DNA of 64,000 bases from Lama guanicoe (lineage: Eukaryota), in assembly GCA_013239625.1 (NCBI GenBank), contig MU053404.1, positions 22,413 to 86,412 of the forward strand, given 5' to 3'. The first letter of the stretch is position 1, and the number at the start of each line of letters is the position of its first letter. Shown here piece by piece: positions 36,770-48,885 of this stretch. The position numbers were made by a program, and so were the translations under genes. Below the pieces are notes generated by a model. It was not told the origin of the DNA. It did no database searches and was given only the letters and a program-made list of their open reading frames with translations.

Positions 36770-38000
36770 TAAGCACTTATAACCTAAATATTATTTTAAA
36801 CATTAAAAAAATCCAGAATACTCAATATGAAATTCCCCTATAAATTCTCACTCTCAGTCCCCAAACCTGCTAGCTGAGACAAACCGTTATCTGTAAATAC
36901 AAGTCTTATGGTGACATGAGCTTACCAGCCCTTAGACCAGTCATTATTTAGCTGCATTTTCCTTCTCATTCTTTAACAGGAACAGTGGGTAATAGCTGGT
37001 GTTTAGTTTTCCAGACAAACGGACACACACATATACCCAAACACATATCTGCAAAACACCATACTGTTTTGTGAACTTTTCTCCTTTCCACATAACACAG
37101 TATAATTCTTAACATGTCAACCTACAAATCTATCTTATCCATTTTAAAGGCTGCAAAATATTCCATTTTATGTATCAACTATCATCTATTTAACCAAACC
37201 CTTATTGGTATAATTTATTTTCTATTTTTTGCAATTGCTAATAATAATGGAATTAATGTTTACTTAGTATAAATCTTTCCATATATCTGAAATTATTTCC
37301 ACTGGTTAAATTCATAAAAGTGATTTCTATGTGTGTGTGCACCCATGCTAAGGAAATGCAAATGTAAAAATTGGTAAATATTCTGCCTTTCTATTTGCCA
37401 AAATCATATGGACCATTTTACATCTTGACTAGCAGTTTATGAGAATATTTGTTACCTCACTTGTTGACTTCACTGGGTATTATACAAAGAACTTTTTATC
37501 TTTGATAATTAGATTAAATATTACATTATTCTTTAATTTGTATTTTTTTATTTATGAGTGTGATTAGACAGATTTTTAAATATATTTCTTAATATTTGTA
37601 TTTACTCTTTCAAAATTGTCTGTTCGTGTTTTTGTCCCTTTGAGGGTAATTTATCTTTATCTTAATGACTGATGGAAACACTTCACATTTTAGGACACTA
37701 TCACCTTGCCATAATGTTGGAAATACATTCCCCAGTTTCCCATTTGTCTGTAACTTTGTTTAGGGTGTCTCTTGCCCAAGTTAAGTTGGACATTTTTATG
37801 AAGTTTGCCGTCTTTGTAGTGTGTCATGCTTAGGAAAAATGACTTTTCCATCTAAATGCTGTATAAATATTTGCCAGTGATGTTTTTCTAGTACTTTTAC
37901 ATTTCTTTATTAAGTCAAATATCTAACGTATAAAGAATTTACTTTTTGTGTATGTTGTAACTTTTCTCCCCACTGAGAAAAACTGCCCCAACACCATAAA
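36770..38000 (-). mobile_element. Old L1ME-type 3' fragment
   Basis: AT-rich antisense L1 3'UTR phrases ('ggctgcaaaatattccattttatgtat...atttaaccaaaccc'). Confidence 0.6.
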
Positions 38001-38089
38001 ATATAAGCCTGATCATATACAGCATATGTGACATTTTATATACTTACATATATATGTGTGTATATATGTATAATAGCAAGAAGGCAGAA

Positions 38090-38800
38090 TAGGAGGTTCC
38101 CCTCCTCATATTCCCCTGCTTAGCAACAATAATTTAGACAAAAAGTGCCTTTGTGGGAGCTTTGGGATCTAGGTAGGAGATAGTAAGACCCTGGTGGAGC
38201 CAAAGTCAAAGGAGGGCTGTTCTAAGAACGCAGGCTTATGCCCGGGTGGCAAACTTGCAGACAGTAGTCCTGGATACAGACCTGGAAACAGCCCTGTGGA
38301 CTCGGCTACAGCTTCATTTGGCCTTGATTCTGTCACCAACAACATCTGCCAAGGGACCCAGCAGGAGTCACATCCACTGTGCTCCAGTTAATGGGCCTGC
38401 CAGCCTCAGCCCCCGCTGTGGATGCTGGAGTAGCCCATGGCCCAGCCCAGCCCCTCTTGGCTGCCAGCCCTGCCCACTCAGGGACAAGCAGATGATGTGT
38501 CCCCACCCCACGCCCCTGAGACAGGCCCTCCAACTTTGGTCCATCTGCAGGTGCTGAATCAGCCCCGTAACTTGGCCCAGCACCTTGCGGTCACAGGCCA
38601 GGAGCTCTCCCGCTTGTCCAGGGACCTGTCAGAAGACACGTTCTTCTGTGCCCTCAGAGGGAGAACCTCTGATCTTGAAGTGGCCCCGTAACCCAACTCC
38701 CACCCCTTGAAGCCATGGGCTGGGAACACTTCTGCTCAACCAGGGACCAGGAGGAAGACACACTCCCAGACGGAAGCCAGCAAAACTTGGTCTGACAGGG
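38090..38800 (+). mobile_element. Old L1 5'UTR fragment (L1M2/L1MA-like)
   Basis: 'aaaagtgcctttgtgggagctttgggatctaggtaggag...' resembles an ancient L1 5' end. Confidence 0.45.
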
Positions 38801-38997
38801 CTTGAAGAGGCCTTATAACCAATATCTCAGCAGTTTATTCCAACCAGCTCCAAACATCCTTGCCTGGATGTTAAATCCCGAATCATGGAAAGTGCTCCCC
38901 CATCAATGAACTCTCCCGATTCAGCCTCACATTCTGCCCTACCCCTTTGGTCCTCATGGTCCACTCCCACATTGCTCCTCTAGAAACTGGAGGAAAT

Positions 38998-39467
38998 TCC
39001 AGTTCCTGCCAGGTATTACTGCTGTAACAAATTACCACGAATTTAGTGACTTAAAACAACAGAAATATGTTCATTCATGATTCTGGAGGCCCAAAGTCCA
39101 AAATGGGTCCTACAGGGCTAACTTCAAGATGTCAGCTGGGAAGGTTCCTTCGAGAGGCTCCAGGGGAGAATCTACTCCTTGTCTCCTCCATCCTCTAGTG
39201 GCTGCTGGCATCCTTGGCTGTGGTCATACCACCCAGGTCTTCACATCATATTGCCTTTTTCTCTTCTGTAGTCAAATATCTCTCTACCTTCTCTTTTGTA
39301 AGGACTCCTGTGATTACACTTAGGACCCACTTGGCTAATCCAGGATAATCTCCCCAGATGAAGACCCCTAACAGTCACATCTGCAAAGTCCATTTTTTAC
39401 CGTGTTTAAAGTTGGATTCAGGATTATGACCTGGATATCTTTGGGGGCCACTGTTCAGCCTACCACA
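38998..39467 (-). mobile_element. MLT1B/C (ERVL-MaLR) solo LTR
   Basis: 'ctgtaacaaattaccacgaatttagtgacttaaaacaacagaaat...tccaggataatctcccc...ttcagcctaccaca'. Confidence 0.85.
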
Positions 39468-40309
39468 GCCTGGTATGGGAATTATTTTCAGTGAATAAAT
39501 TACTTCCTCTTGGATCATAGATGAAATTTCCTTTCTCAGCCTCTGCTGAGACCTAACCCCCATTATTCTGGAGGCACTGAGGAAAAGTGGGAGGAGTTCT
39601 GGAGGAGGACAAGAATCATCTTGTAAGGCATCTGCCTCATATGACGTCTTTTCATGGTTTGGAAGCAAAGGAAGGTTTGCCTTCTAGCAAGGGGGAAGGG
39701 ATGCTTTTGCCAGCCAAGGGGATTCAGAAGAGTCTGTGGGTTCAAAATCCTCTTGCTTATCCTCTCAAACATCTCCATCCAAGAACTCAAGGTCTCACTC
39801 TTTCCCTACCAGGGCCCTGGATTCAGCATAGGAGAACCAACTAAGCTACACATTCAGCCTCCCTTGTAGCTCTGCCACCTTTACAGTTAGGTCCTAGGCC
39901 TGACCTTCAGCACCACTGCCTTGCAGCTGCAGAAGATTAATGTCTCATTAAATGTTGCCACGGGAGTTTTCTGGCTTTCACAACACACCCTGAATTGATT
40001 GCTGGCTGACCTGGGCCTTTTATTCTGAATCTTTAAGGATTCTGAGAATGTTAATAAAAGCCATCCTTTATTATTAAAACTCTATAATTCTTACAGTTAC
40101 CATGGTTCTCATCATGTTAACATGCTAGAGCTAACACGTAACCCAGTGTTTCATCTTCCACCCGCACCTCATCCCAATCTACCACCTGCGAGTCCTAGTA
40201 ATTATGCGTGGGGTTATCACCAACCCCAGTTACTCCCAAAAGTGATGAATGGTCCAGCTCCAGAATTCCACGTGGAGGAGATGCTTCCTAGGGCTACTCC
40301 CAGTTACAG

Positions 40310-40790
40310 CTGTCTTAGCTGGCTTCCTGCCAAAGCAGAGCCTGAGACGAGGTGTGTGTGTAGTTTAAGTGGGAAGGCATCTCTGGGAGCAAGAGTAAGT
40401 TTATTTATTTGAGAGGTGGCCCCAGGGAGCAGGACTAAGGTTATAAGGAGAGAGATGAAGAAGGAAGAATTGTCCCTGACTGAGGGGTTCATTATCAAAG
40501 TCCCTGCTGTGGACAGTGGAGATCTGCTTAGACAAGAGCGTATAGAATGGTGGGGCATTTACTCAGTGGCTCCTATTTCCTATTGTCAGGTTGCCCTCTG
40601 CACGCTGAACCCCACATGTGCTCAGACCTAGGGACCCCACATTATTCACGGCATCAGAGATTCCCAAGGAAGAGGCTACACTCGGCTTTGCTGCAAGCAG
40701 AAGCCTTCAGGGAACTGTCCAACCCAACCACAGCTGAAATCACAAGAAAGGCCAAGCAAGAAGTGCGTCAGAACATCCACTATAGCTGCT
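40310..40790. mobile_element. ERVL LTR16/33-like fragment
   Basis: 'tgtcttagctggcttcctgccaaagcagagcctgagac...gtagtttaagtgggaagg'. Confidence 0.5.
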
Positions 40791-41344
40791 ACAAGGTACT
40801 TCATAGATTTGCCAGAAGGACTGATAAGGATTCCAGGCTTGAAAAGTTCTTAGCATGGTGCCATGACAACAAACATTCACCAAAGTTTTCAGTCTGTGTG
40901 CTGATATATTGATATATTGTGGAAGCTCCACCAGCAGCCTAATGAATCTCACTTCATTAAACAGCACTGCTCTGTGGTAGAGGATCTGCTCCTTCCACAG
41001 ATGAGCAAACTGAGGCCCCAAAGGGTGCAGCAGCTTGTCCAAAGTCAAACCACTCCAAACCAGAAGAACAGGTCTGTCCGGTGCTTTCTGCACTGCATCA
41101 GGCTTCTCCGGTGGGAGAAGACAGTGCTCAGTCTTGGGAGAGGACGTATTGGCTGAGTAATTACTGGTGGGTATAGGAGTTGGAGGGACACACTCCTCAG
41201 CCTCCCCATGGCTTCTGTTTATGAATCTTGACCCTAACCGGGGCTTTCCATTTCTAAGGGCCTAGTCTGGACAATCATATCAGGAGGCAGCTTCCCAGAG
41301 GTCCTCCCAGCTCGATGTAGCTTTTCTACCACCACTTCCAGAAT

Positions 41345-42035
41345 CATTATAGGATCCCCAAGACCTGTCCCCAGTGGCCCCCACTAACAAGGCCCTGAGG
41401 GAGAAGCACCACGTCCTGCGGACTCATTAGGAAACTGGGTTTGAATGAAGCTTCTCCCTCTCGCCTCTCTTCTGGGGCCTCCTCCTCACCCCCAGGTCCA
41501 AGGCAGGTCTGGAAATTAGCTTGTCTCTGCTCAAAGGCCCTGCTTGGGGTTGACATCTGAGAAAGAAAACTGCTCTCTTGGGAAACCTGTAACTTAGTCT
41601 CAATTATTCCCCTAATTTCCTGGGTGACTTTGATGACAGGGACAAGCCCTGCAGGCCTCCATGACCCCACCATCAGTGGACTACATATCTCCTACCTTAA
41701 CTACCAGCCATAAAGCCAGGGTAGAGATAAAGCTTTCCTTTCTTCCTTTTTTATTAAAGAAAATCTGAATACCAGAAGGTATGAGACACAGTTGCTATAT
41801 TTTGGGGCTTGAGTTGTTTACTGAACAACTTGTCTCCCCATCAGTCTCCTCTTTCCCAGGAGGGCTAATTTCTAAGGCCAGCAGGGGATGATGCCATAGA
41901 GAAGACAGCCCTGTGATCGTGTTCCTTTTCTTATATGGCCCCTTCCTTGCGTTCTGGGTGGATAACTGGGTGTGCATCACTCCTCGTCTTCTTTCCTGAA
42001 GAAACTTCACTGGCTTCCATACCCACAGCAGGGTG
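41345..42035 (+). promoter_or_regulatory. Promoter and non-coding exon 1 of the OR3A2-like gene
   Basis: Collinear homology with 33225-33927: cccaggagggctaatttc, cttatatggccccttccttgc, and donor cagg|GTGAGT at 42033. Confidence 0.6.
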
Positions 42036-44579
42036 AGTCCTCCTACAGGTCCCTCCTCTGTCTTACAAAACAGTCACGGGGCCTCCCCTGCCATCAGTGC
42101 AAACCTGACTTCACAGTTGGTGCAACTGATGCCCCTGGAAAGGGAAGGTGTTTGAGGGGAAGATATGGGACTGAAACCCAAAGATTCCAGCTCCTTTTCT
42201 GGGCCCCCTTTGCCCATGCCCTCCTTTCTTGGATGAAGCCTGCTCTCTGCTACACTTAGGAGTGAGGATGAGTGGATTCACTGAGGCCAGTTTGCTGCCC
42301 AGGACCCCCTTCATCAGGCAACTGGAACCTTCATTCCAGTCAAATGTCTTGCTGGGCTGTTTCATTGCTGGGAGCTTGGAGGGGCTGGAGGGAGTTCCAG
42401 AGTAGGGGGTTGTCATGGCTCAGTAAGGAGAACCTGAGGCTCACTAAGAAGCCCGGGGACTGATAATCCCCAGTGATGGACATGATGTCCCTCAGACACT
42501 CTGGATTTCTCTGGATGATCAGCCGTCATCCCAGAATCCCACTGACTTCAAGCCAGCTGCCTCGCTGGCCATCTGGGGCTCGGCAGCAGCTGTTCTGTCG
42601 CTCTCCTAACCCTGGCTATAACCTACTTGTCTGTAAAGTACACCCCTCCCAAGGGCCTTAGTCTTTGGAGTGGTCTACATGAAAAGAAACATGTAGAAAG
42701 ATTGCTACATTACGTGCTTGTCCCACCAAAACCAAGGAAAGCAGTAGTCCCTGCAGCAACCTCGCAGCCTGCTCTTGTCCCTGCAGCTTCCTGACATCAT
42801 ACTAATCCACCGAAGTCTAGCCCAAATCCCAATACATCCAGAAAGTCTTCCGTGACAACTTGAGCTCATACTAATTCTCTCTTTCTCTGAAGTCCTGTGG
42901 ACATTTGTCCAACCATTTACTGATTTAGGAGATAATTGAGCACCTACTATTTGTGAAGTCTTAAGATATGAATTGCCACTGGAAAACCAAATCAAATGTG
43001 TATTTTGTCCTCAAGTCGCTTTCAGAGAAGTAGGGGAGATATGCTCTACAGAAAAATGACTTAGCCAGAAGGGAAACAGTAATAAGTTCCATGAAATAAT
43101 GTGCAGTGGGAGCTTAGGAGAGACGCAGAGGCAGAGAGAGAAATCCTTTTGAGAAGGGGAAGTTTCCAGGGAGGATTCCTTCAGAAGTCATAGTCTGAGT
43201 AAACTCTTGAAATACCTGGGTGTGTGGAGTCGGAGGGAAGTCCTTGCAGGTACAGAAAACAGCAGGCACAAAGAGGTTAGAAAATCACAGGGTTACAATC
43301 CAATGCTTGGGTTAAGATGGACCCAAAAGGAAAAATGAAGAGTGTTGTTCTTTAGTACAATAAATGTGAAGAGCTGTTACCCACCCAGTGATACATCAAT
43401 TTGCAAAGCATTTATCAGTTTTCAGTGTAATCAATGATGATCGAGTCTGAAGACAATCCCCCTATCTCACCAACCATGTGATCTTAGAGTTTTAAGGATA
43501 TCTTAGAGATCACTGCATCCATCTCTTCCTCCATGTGAGCTCAGGCTCTCATCACCCTTTCCCTTCTGTTAGAGTTACAGACTCTGACTGCTTCCCATCC
43601 TCTGATCCAGCATATTCTATGCAAGGGAATAACCTTACTTTTAGTGAAGCCCTAGCTTTGCCTACTCCACGGGCAATAGAGAGATACTGAAAGTTTTTGA
43701 TCAAGAGCTTATTATAAGATCTGAAAGACTTAGCTCCCTCTAGCTCTCTACATATGTGCCTGCTTCATTTTAGGACCTCCACTTAGAGCCATTGGTCTAT
43801 CTACCATGCCTGAGTCAAGGACAAGTGGAAGATGGATGGTTTTGCTATGCAGAAAACTAACTGAATTTAGCAGCAGCCAACCTGCAGGTCACGCTTACAA
43901 TTTTTGATTTCAGAGGCAAGTAGCAGATCCTAGGAAGAGAACAAATAATTTTAAATTAAGTCATTATTCAAAGTCTCAGGTAAGGGCTTAATTAACAACA
44001 ATAATACTAGCAATTTGTTGATCAAAGGATTTTTAATTTACACTTCAGACTATGTCCCTCACCTTAGAGAAATGGCTAGAGTATCTGATAGCCACAATCA
44101 TGGGTAACTTCTTTCTCATTCTTGCCATAACTTTGCTTGATCTTCAGTATTTCTAGAAGCCTTGAAACCTAATGTTTTCTAGATATTTCTCTCGAAATGC
44201 CATTAATTGTTCTATTTTGGAATCTGTTTCTTGGTTTGTGCTAATTCCATTTTAGACTCACTACATACAAAGAGGAAGTCTGCTTTTTTCTTAATGTACT
44301 TTCCCAAGTATTCTGACCTTTTTCAGCTGGGAAAAGATGGGAGGGACAAAGTGGTGGTGTTTTTGAGCATCTCAGCCAAGAGTAGGGTAAAGGCATGGAG
44401 TGATGGAGGGAGTCAGTGAGTGAGGAGTGAGGTTGCCTGCTGAGTGGGAAAATTATCACCCTGACAGCTAGGAACTTAGAGTGGGGCTTTGAACACAGGT
44501 GGCTTAAAACATTTATGTTGAATAAGTACATTGAGTGGATTGAAACTTCCACTCCTGGGACATTTCCTTACAGGGAATC

Positions 44580-45527
44580 ATGGAGCCAGAATCTGGTACC
44601 AACAGGACAACTGTTACCGAGTTCATTCTTCTGGGCCTCTTGGAAACGGAAAAGCTGCAGCCTGTGGTCTTTGTTCTCTTCCTCTTTGCCTACCTGGTCA
44701 CGGTCGGGGGCAACCTCAGCATCCTGGCAGCCATCTTGGTGGAACCCAAACTCCACACCCCCATGTACTTCTTCCTGGGGAACCTATCAGTGCTGGACGT
44801 TGGGTGCATCACTGTCACTGTTCCTGCAATGCTGGCTCATCTACTGTCCCACAAGCATACAATTCCCTATGCAGCCTGCCTCTCCCAGCTTTTCTTCTTC
44901 CACCTTCTGGCTGGGATGGACTGCTTCTTGTTGACAGCCATGGCCTATGACCGATTCCTGGCCATCTGTCGGCCTCTCACCTACAGCATCCGCATGAGTC
45001 AGACGGTCCAATGGATATTGGTGGCTGTGTCCTGGGCTTGTGCCTTCACCAATGCACTGACCCACACTGTAGCCCTAACTACCCTTAACTTCTGTGGTCC
45101 CAATGAGGTCAACCACTTCTACTGTGACCTCCCACAGCTCTTCCAGCTCTCCTGCTCCAGCACCCGACTCAATGAGCTGCTGCTCTTTGGTGTGGGTTTC
45201 ATAATGGCAGGTGCACCTGTGGTTCTCATCATCACCTCCTACATCCACGTGGCAGCTGCAGTCCTACAAATCCGCTCAGTGGAGGGCAGGAAGAAGGCCT
45301 TCTCCACGTGTGGCTCCCACCTAACTGTGGTCTGCCTCTTCTACGGGTCTGGTATCTTCAACTATATGCGTCTGGGTTCAGAGGAGGTTTCAGATAAAGA
45401 TAAAGGGGTTGGAGTTTTCAACACAGTTATCAATCCCATCCTGAACCCACTTATCTACAGTCTTAGAAGCCCTGATGTTCAGGGTGCCCTGTGGCGGGTA
45501 CTTGTAGGGAGGCGGTCACTGACATGA
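44580..45527 (+). CDS. OR3A2: Intact olfactory receptor, family 3 subfamily A (OR3A2/OR3A3-like), 315 aa
   Basis: Full 7TM ORF with N-glycosylation site [34 protein letters not shown] and NPLIYSLR. Acceptor ttccttacag ends at 44573. Confidence 0.95.
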   Translation: MEPESGTNRTTVTEFILLGLLETEKLQPVVFVLFLFAYLVTVGGNLSILAAILVEPKLHTPMYFFLGNLSVLDVGCITVTVPAMLAHLLSHKHTIPYAACLSQLFFFHLLAGMDCFLLTAMAYDRFLAICRPLTYSIRMSQTVQWILVAVSWACAFTNALTHTVALTTLNFCGPNEVNHFYCDLPQLFQLSCSSTRLNELLLFGVGFIMAGAPVVLIITSYIHVAAAVLQIRSVEGRKKAFSTCGSHLTVVCLFYGSGIFNYMRLGSEEVSDKDKGVGVFNTVINPILNPLIYSLRSPDVQGALWRVLVGRRSLT

Positions 45528-45684
45528 GAAGGTGATAGGGTCCCTCCTTTCCTGCCTTTTCTGGGTTGGGAAAAATTTCCCAGAAGGGCAGTAACCTGAA
45601 TAAATGGTTCATAACCATTTTTCCTTTCTCCTGGTGCCTGAAGATTTGTGTGATGTGTTTGTCCTGCAAAGAAACCCTACATAA

Positions 45685-45920
45685 TTCATTCACTTATTCA
45701 TACAACAGATATTTATTGAATTGTTTCTATGATCCAGATACTCTTCTAGGGCACTGGTGAACACAACAGACAGAAGTCTCTGTGACTTCTGAATGTGCAA
45801 CTCACATTCTAATGAAGAGAGACAAAATGAATGAAGTAAATTAGCATCGTATATGGTATATCACAGAATAATGAATGCTGCAGTGAAAACCAAGTTAAGG
45901 TAGGGGATTTAAAGTTAGGT
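45685..45920 (-). mobile_element. L2 3' end
   Basis: 'attcattcacttattcatacaacagatatttattgaa...ctcttctagggcactgg'. Confidence 0.75.
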
Positions 45921-46072
45921 TCTGCAAAGCAAGTTCTCAGGACAAGTTGTTACCGTGTTTTTGGCCATGCTCACTTTCCTGGTAGACTTGAAGCCTTGGA
46001 AGTCTGGTAGGTCTGGGGGGCAATGTCCTATAGGAAAGGGCTAATTAGTTAATCACCAAGAATATCACTGCT

Positions 46073-46521
46073 AAGTTTTCTTCTGGTGGGGATGTGAGAG
46101 TCCCTTTAGACCAAAGTGAAGACTGCTGTCTTAAACTATGGGCTCAGTGCCAAGGATTATTCTATTCCACTGCTCACATTTCACCTCTAAGAAAATCTCT
46201 TCCTTCTCTTCACTACCAGACAAGAATCTCATAGTATGCCTAGGACACAGGTAGGGTCTTGAAACGGAAAGAGCCCACTAAATGAAAGCATCGTCAATGC
46301 ATGAAGTTTTCTTGTGGTGGGGATGTGAGATTCCCTTTAGATCAAAGTGAAGACTGCTGGGCTCAGTGCCAAGGATTATTCTATTCCACTGCTCACATTT
46401 CACCTCTAAGAAAATCACTTCCTTCTCTTCACTACCAGACAAGAATCTCATAGTATGCCTAGGACACAGGTAGGGTCTTGAAACGGAAAGAGCCCACTAA
46501 ATGAAAGCATCGTCAATGCAT
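46073..46521. repeat. Tandem duplication, 230-bp and 218-bp copies
   Basis: 46073-46302 vs 46304-46521; 4 substitutions and a 12-bp indel (tcttaaactatg). Confidence 0.93.
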
Positions 46522-48199
46522 TCATTATATATCTTAAGATCAAAAAAGTAATATTCCATCTCCATCCTCTGCTGTCTTTCTCTCTTAACGTCTCCTTCCT
46601 CATATATATGATAAAGCCTTTGAAAGAATTAACATTTATACTGCTACAAGGTCCTAAGAATTTTTAATGTAGTGTCCAATATAACTTTCTGCTCCAGTCT
46701 TACCTTTTTCCCCCAAACCTCCTAACTCAAAAAATATCCATAAATGTAGTCCCTAGGAGTGATGCCTCTTTGTCTCTTTCTAATGTTATTTTATTAGTAC
46801 ACCAGTACAACTCCAACCTAAAGAATTTCTTCATCTTGATGTTTATCCAGATTTCAGCTCATCCATTTCTGAGTTGTACCTTTTCTTCAGCTTCCCTTGG
46901 AAGGCTGCTTACCCTGTCCTGGTAATTCTGCTGTTTCTCTGCTGTATTGTTCCTCCAACTGTCTATGACTACACCTCGAGATTGGCTTCTCTGTGACCTC
47001 TTCTTAGGGCCATGAAACTGGAAGGATGGGCTGAGATGAAGATGGGAAGAAAAGGCATGAGAGTGAGAAGTAAGACAGGATTGAGGGTGGAGGAATGAAG
47101 ATGAAATATGAGGACATAGGGAGGGATGGGACAGGATGGTGAGCAAAAGGGGTAAGAAGGAAAAAGAAATTAGGGAAGGTTGTGAGAGGATGGGAGAGGA
47201 GAAAGGATGAGAGAATTATGAGTATCAAATTAGATGCCTAAGGAATGTTGATGAGGTCAAAGGTGGGTGTAGAGAAAATGAAAAATGAATAAGGATGGGA
47301 GATGAGAATAAAATTCCTATATGGAATCACTTCCCATTAGCATATGACCATGGGATGAGTAGCACCTTTGATGTTACTGTTGGGCCCCACACTTCCAACC
47401 AGGAAAAGAAAAGTTTTAAGTTTTGCTGAAGGTAGAATGATGCAAAGCAGTCTAGGTGCTCCTCCTCTGCTTCCTCTGGCTATGAAATGATCCTCAAAGG
47501 ACAGAGGGTAGGACTGAGAGATGGAGGAGAGGAGAGAGGACATGTGTGCTGAGGGTTCATCCTCCACAGCCCCATGGGGCCATCAAAGTCATCAGCCTCC
47601 CGCCTCTGGGTGCAGTGCCTGCCAAGATGGAATAAAGAACAGAGATGAAGTGTGTCTCTTTCCTGATACTCTCCAGACATTTGGGGGTTAAAGAGACTGA
47701 GCTTCCCTCCGAGGGAAAAATTCTTGAGAATGAAAACCATGAAAGTGGACTGTAGCCACTGCTCTGTGACCTTAAAAAGTTCTTTCCTGTGGCTGGGCTT
47801 GTTTCTACTTGTACCATAAGGAACTGGGACAATATTATCTCTCCAAAGTTCTTCATGTTAAGTGACCTTTGAGTAGAATAGTCTGGATGAACCTTTTCAT
47901 TGGGCTGAACCCAGAAAACATTTTGAGAGCGTTACTACCACCACTCCTTCAACCCCATGAGCATTTAACATTGCCCCAAACCTTCTATCTATTACACGCA
48001 AAGATCCCCAGTCTTTGACATCACTTCCTCCTGAACATTCATTCCAAACACTTAAGGGTGTTTTCCTTGGAAATTATCTCCTCTGTTCTGCCTAACCTCC
48101 AAGGCCAAAGGGTTTCTTTAACAGGTGAGAAACTTGTATTTCCCTTGGTGTTTCTCTCTTTGTGCCCCTAAATGTGTTATATTGACAGATTTTTCTGCC

Positions 48200-48885
48200 T
48201 TTGAACCATCCTTACATTCCAAAGATATACTCCACATGAATATGCTGCATTTTTATAATACAGTTAGAATCAGATAATATTTTGTTCAGAGTTTTCTCTT
48301 TTTGTTTATAACTTAAAGGTTTATAATTTACTTATATTATTTTTTTTCTGGTTTTCTAGCTCATAATGAGCTTGTAGTTTTGCTTGAAAGTTCCTTTAAA
48401 GTTTGGCTATGGAGTTATTCTGGAGGGGCAGTCGAGAAGCCCAAAACTATCATTTTACTTTCTTCAATGCTTGTAGGACTATTAAATTTTACATTTCTTC
48501 TTGGACCAATTTAGAATGTCATATTTTTTTCCAGGAAGTCTCATTTGAAACATCCTTACATTCCAAAGATATACTCCACATGAATATGCTGCATTTTTAT
48601 AATACAGTTAGAATCAGATAATATTTTGTTCAGAGTTTTCTCTTTTTGTTTATAACTTAAAGGTTTATAATTTACTTATATCATTTTTTTCTGGTTTTCT
48701 AGCTCATAATGAGCTTGTAGTTTTGCTTGAAAGTTCCTTTAAAGTTTGGCTATGGAGTTATTCTGGAGGGGCAGTTGAGAAGCCCAAAACTATAATTTTA
48801 CTTTCTTCAATGCTTGTAGGTCTATTAAATTTTATATTTCTTCTTGGACCAATTTAGAATGTCATATTTTTTTCCAGGAAGTCTC
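48200..48885. repeat. Tandem duplication with ~344-bp period, within old L1 sequence
   Basis: catccttacattcc at 48207 and 48551; about 5 substitutions plus a T-run indel. Confidence 0.93.

Noticed and set aside
44515..45065. Alternative-frame and antisense ORFs recurring over each OR gene
   Set aside because: By-products of conserved OR codon patterns among paralogs; no independent evidence of coding.
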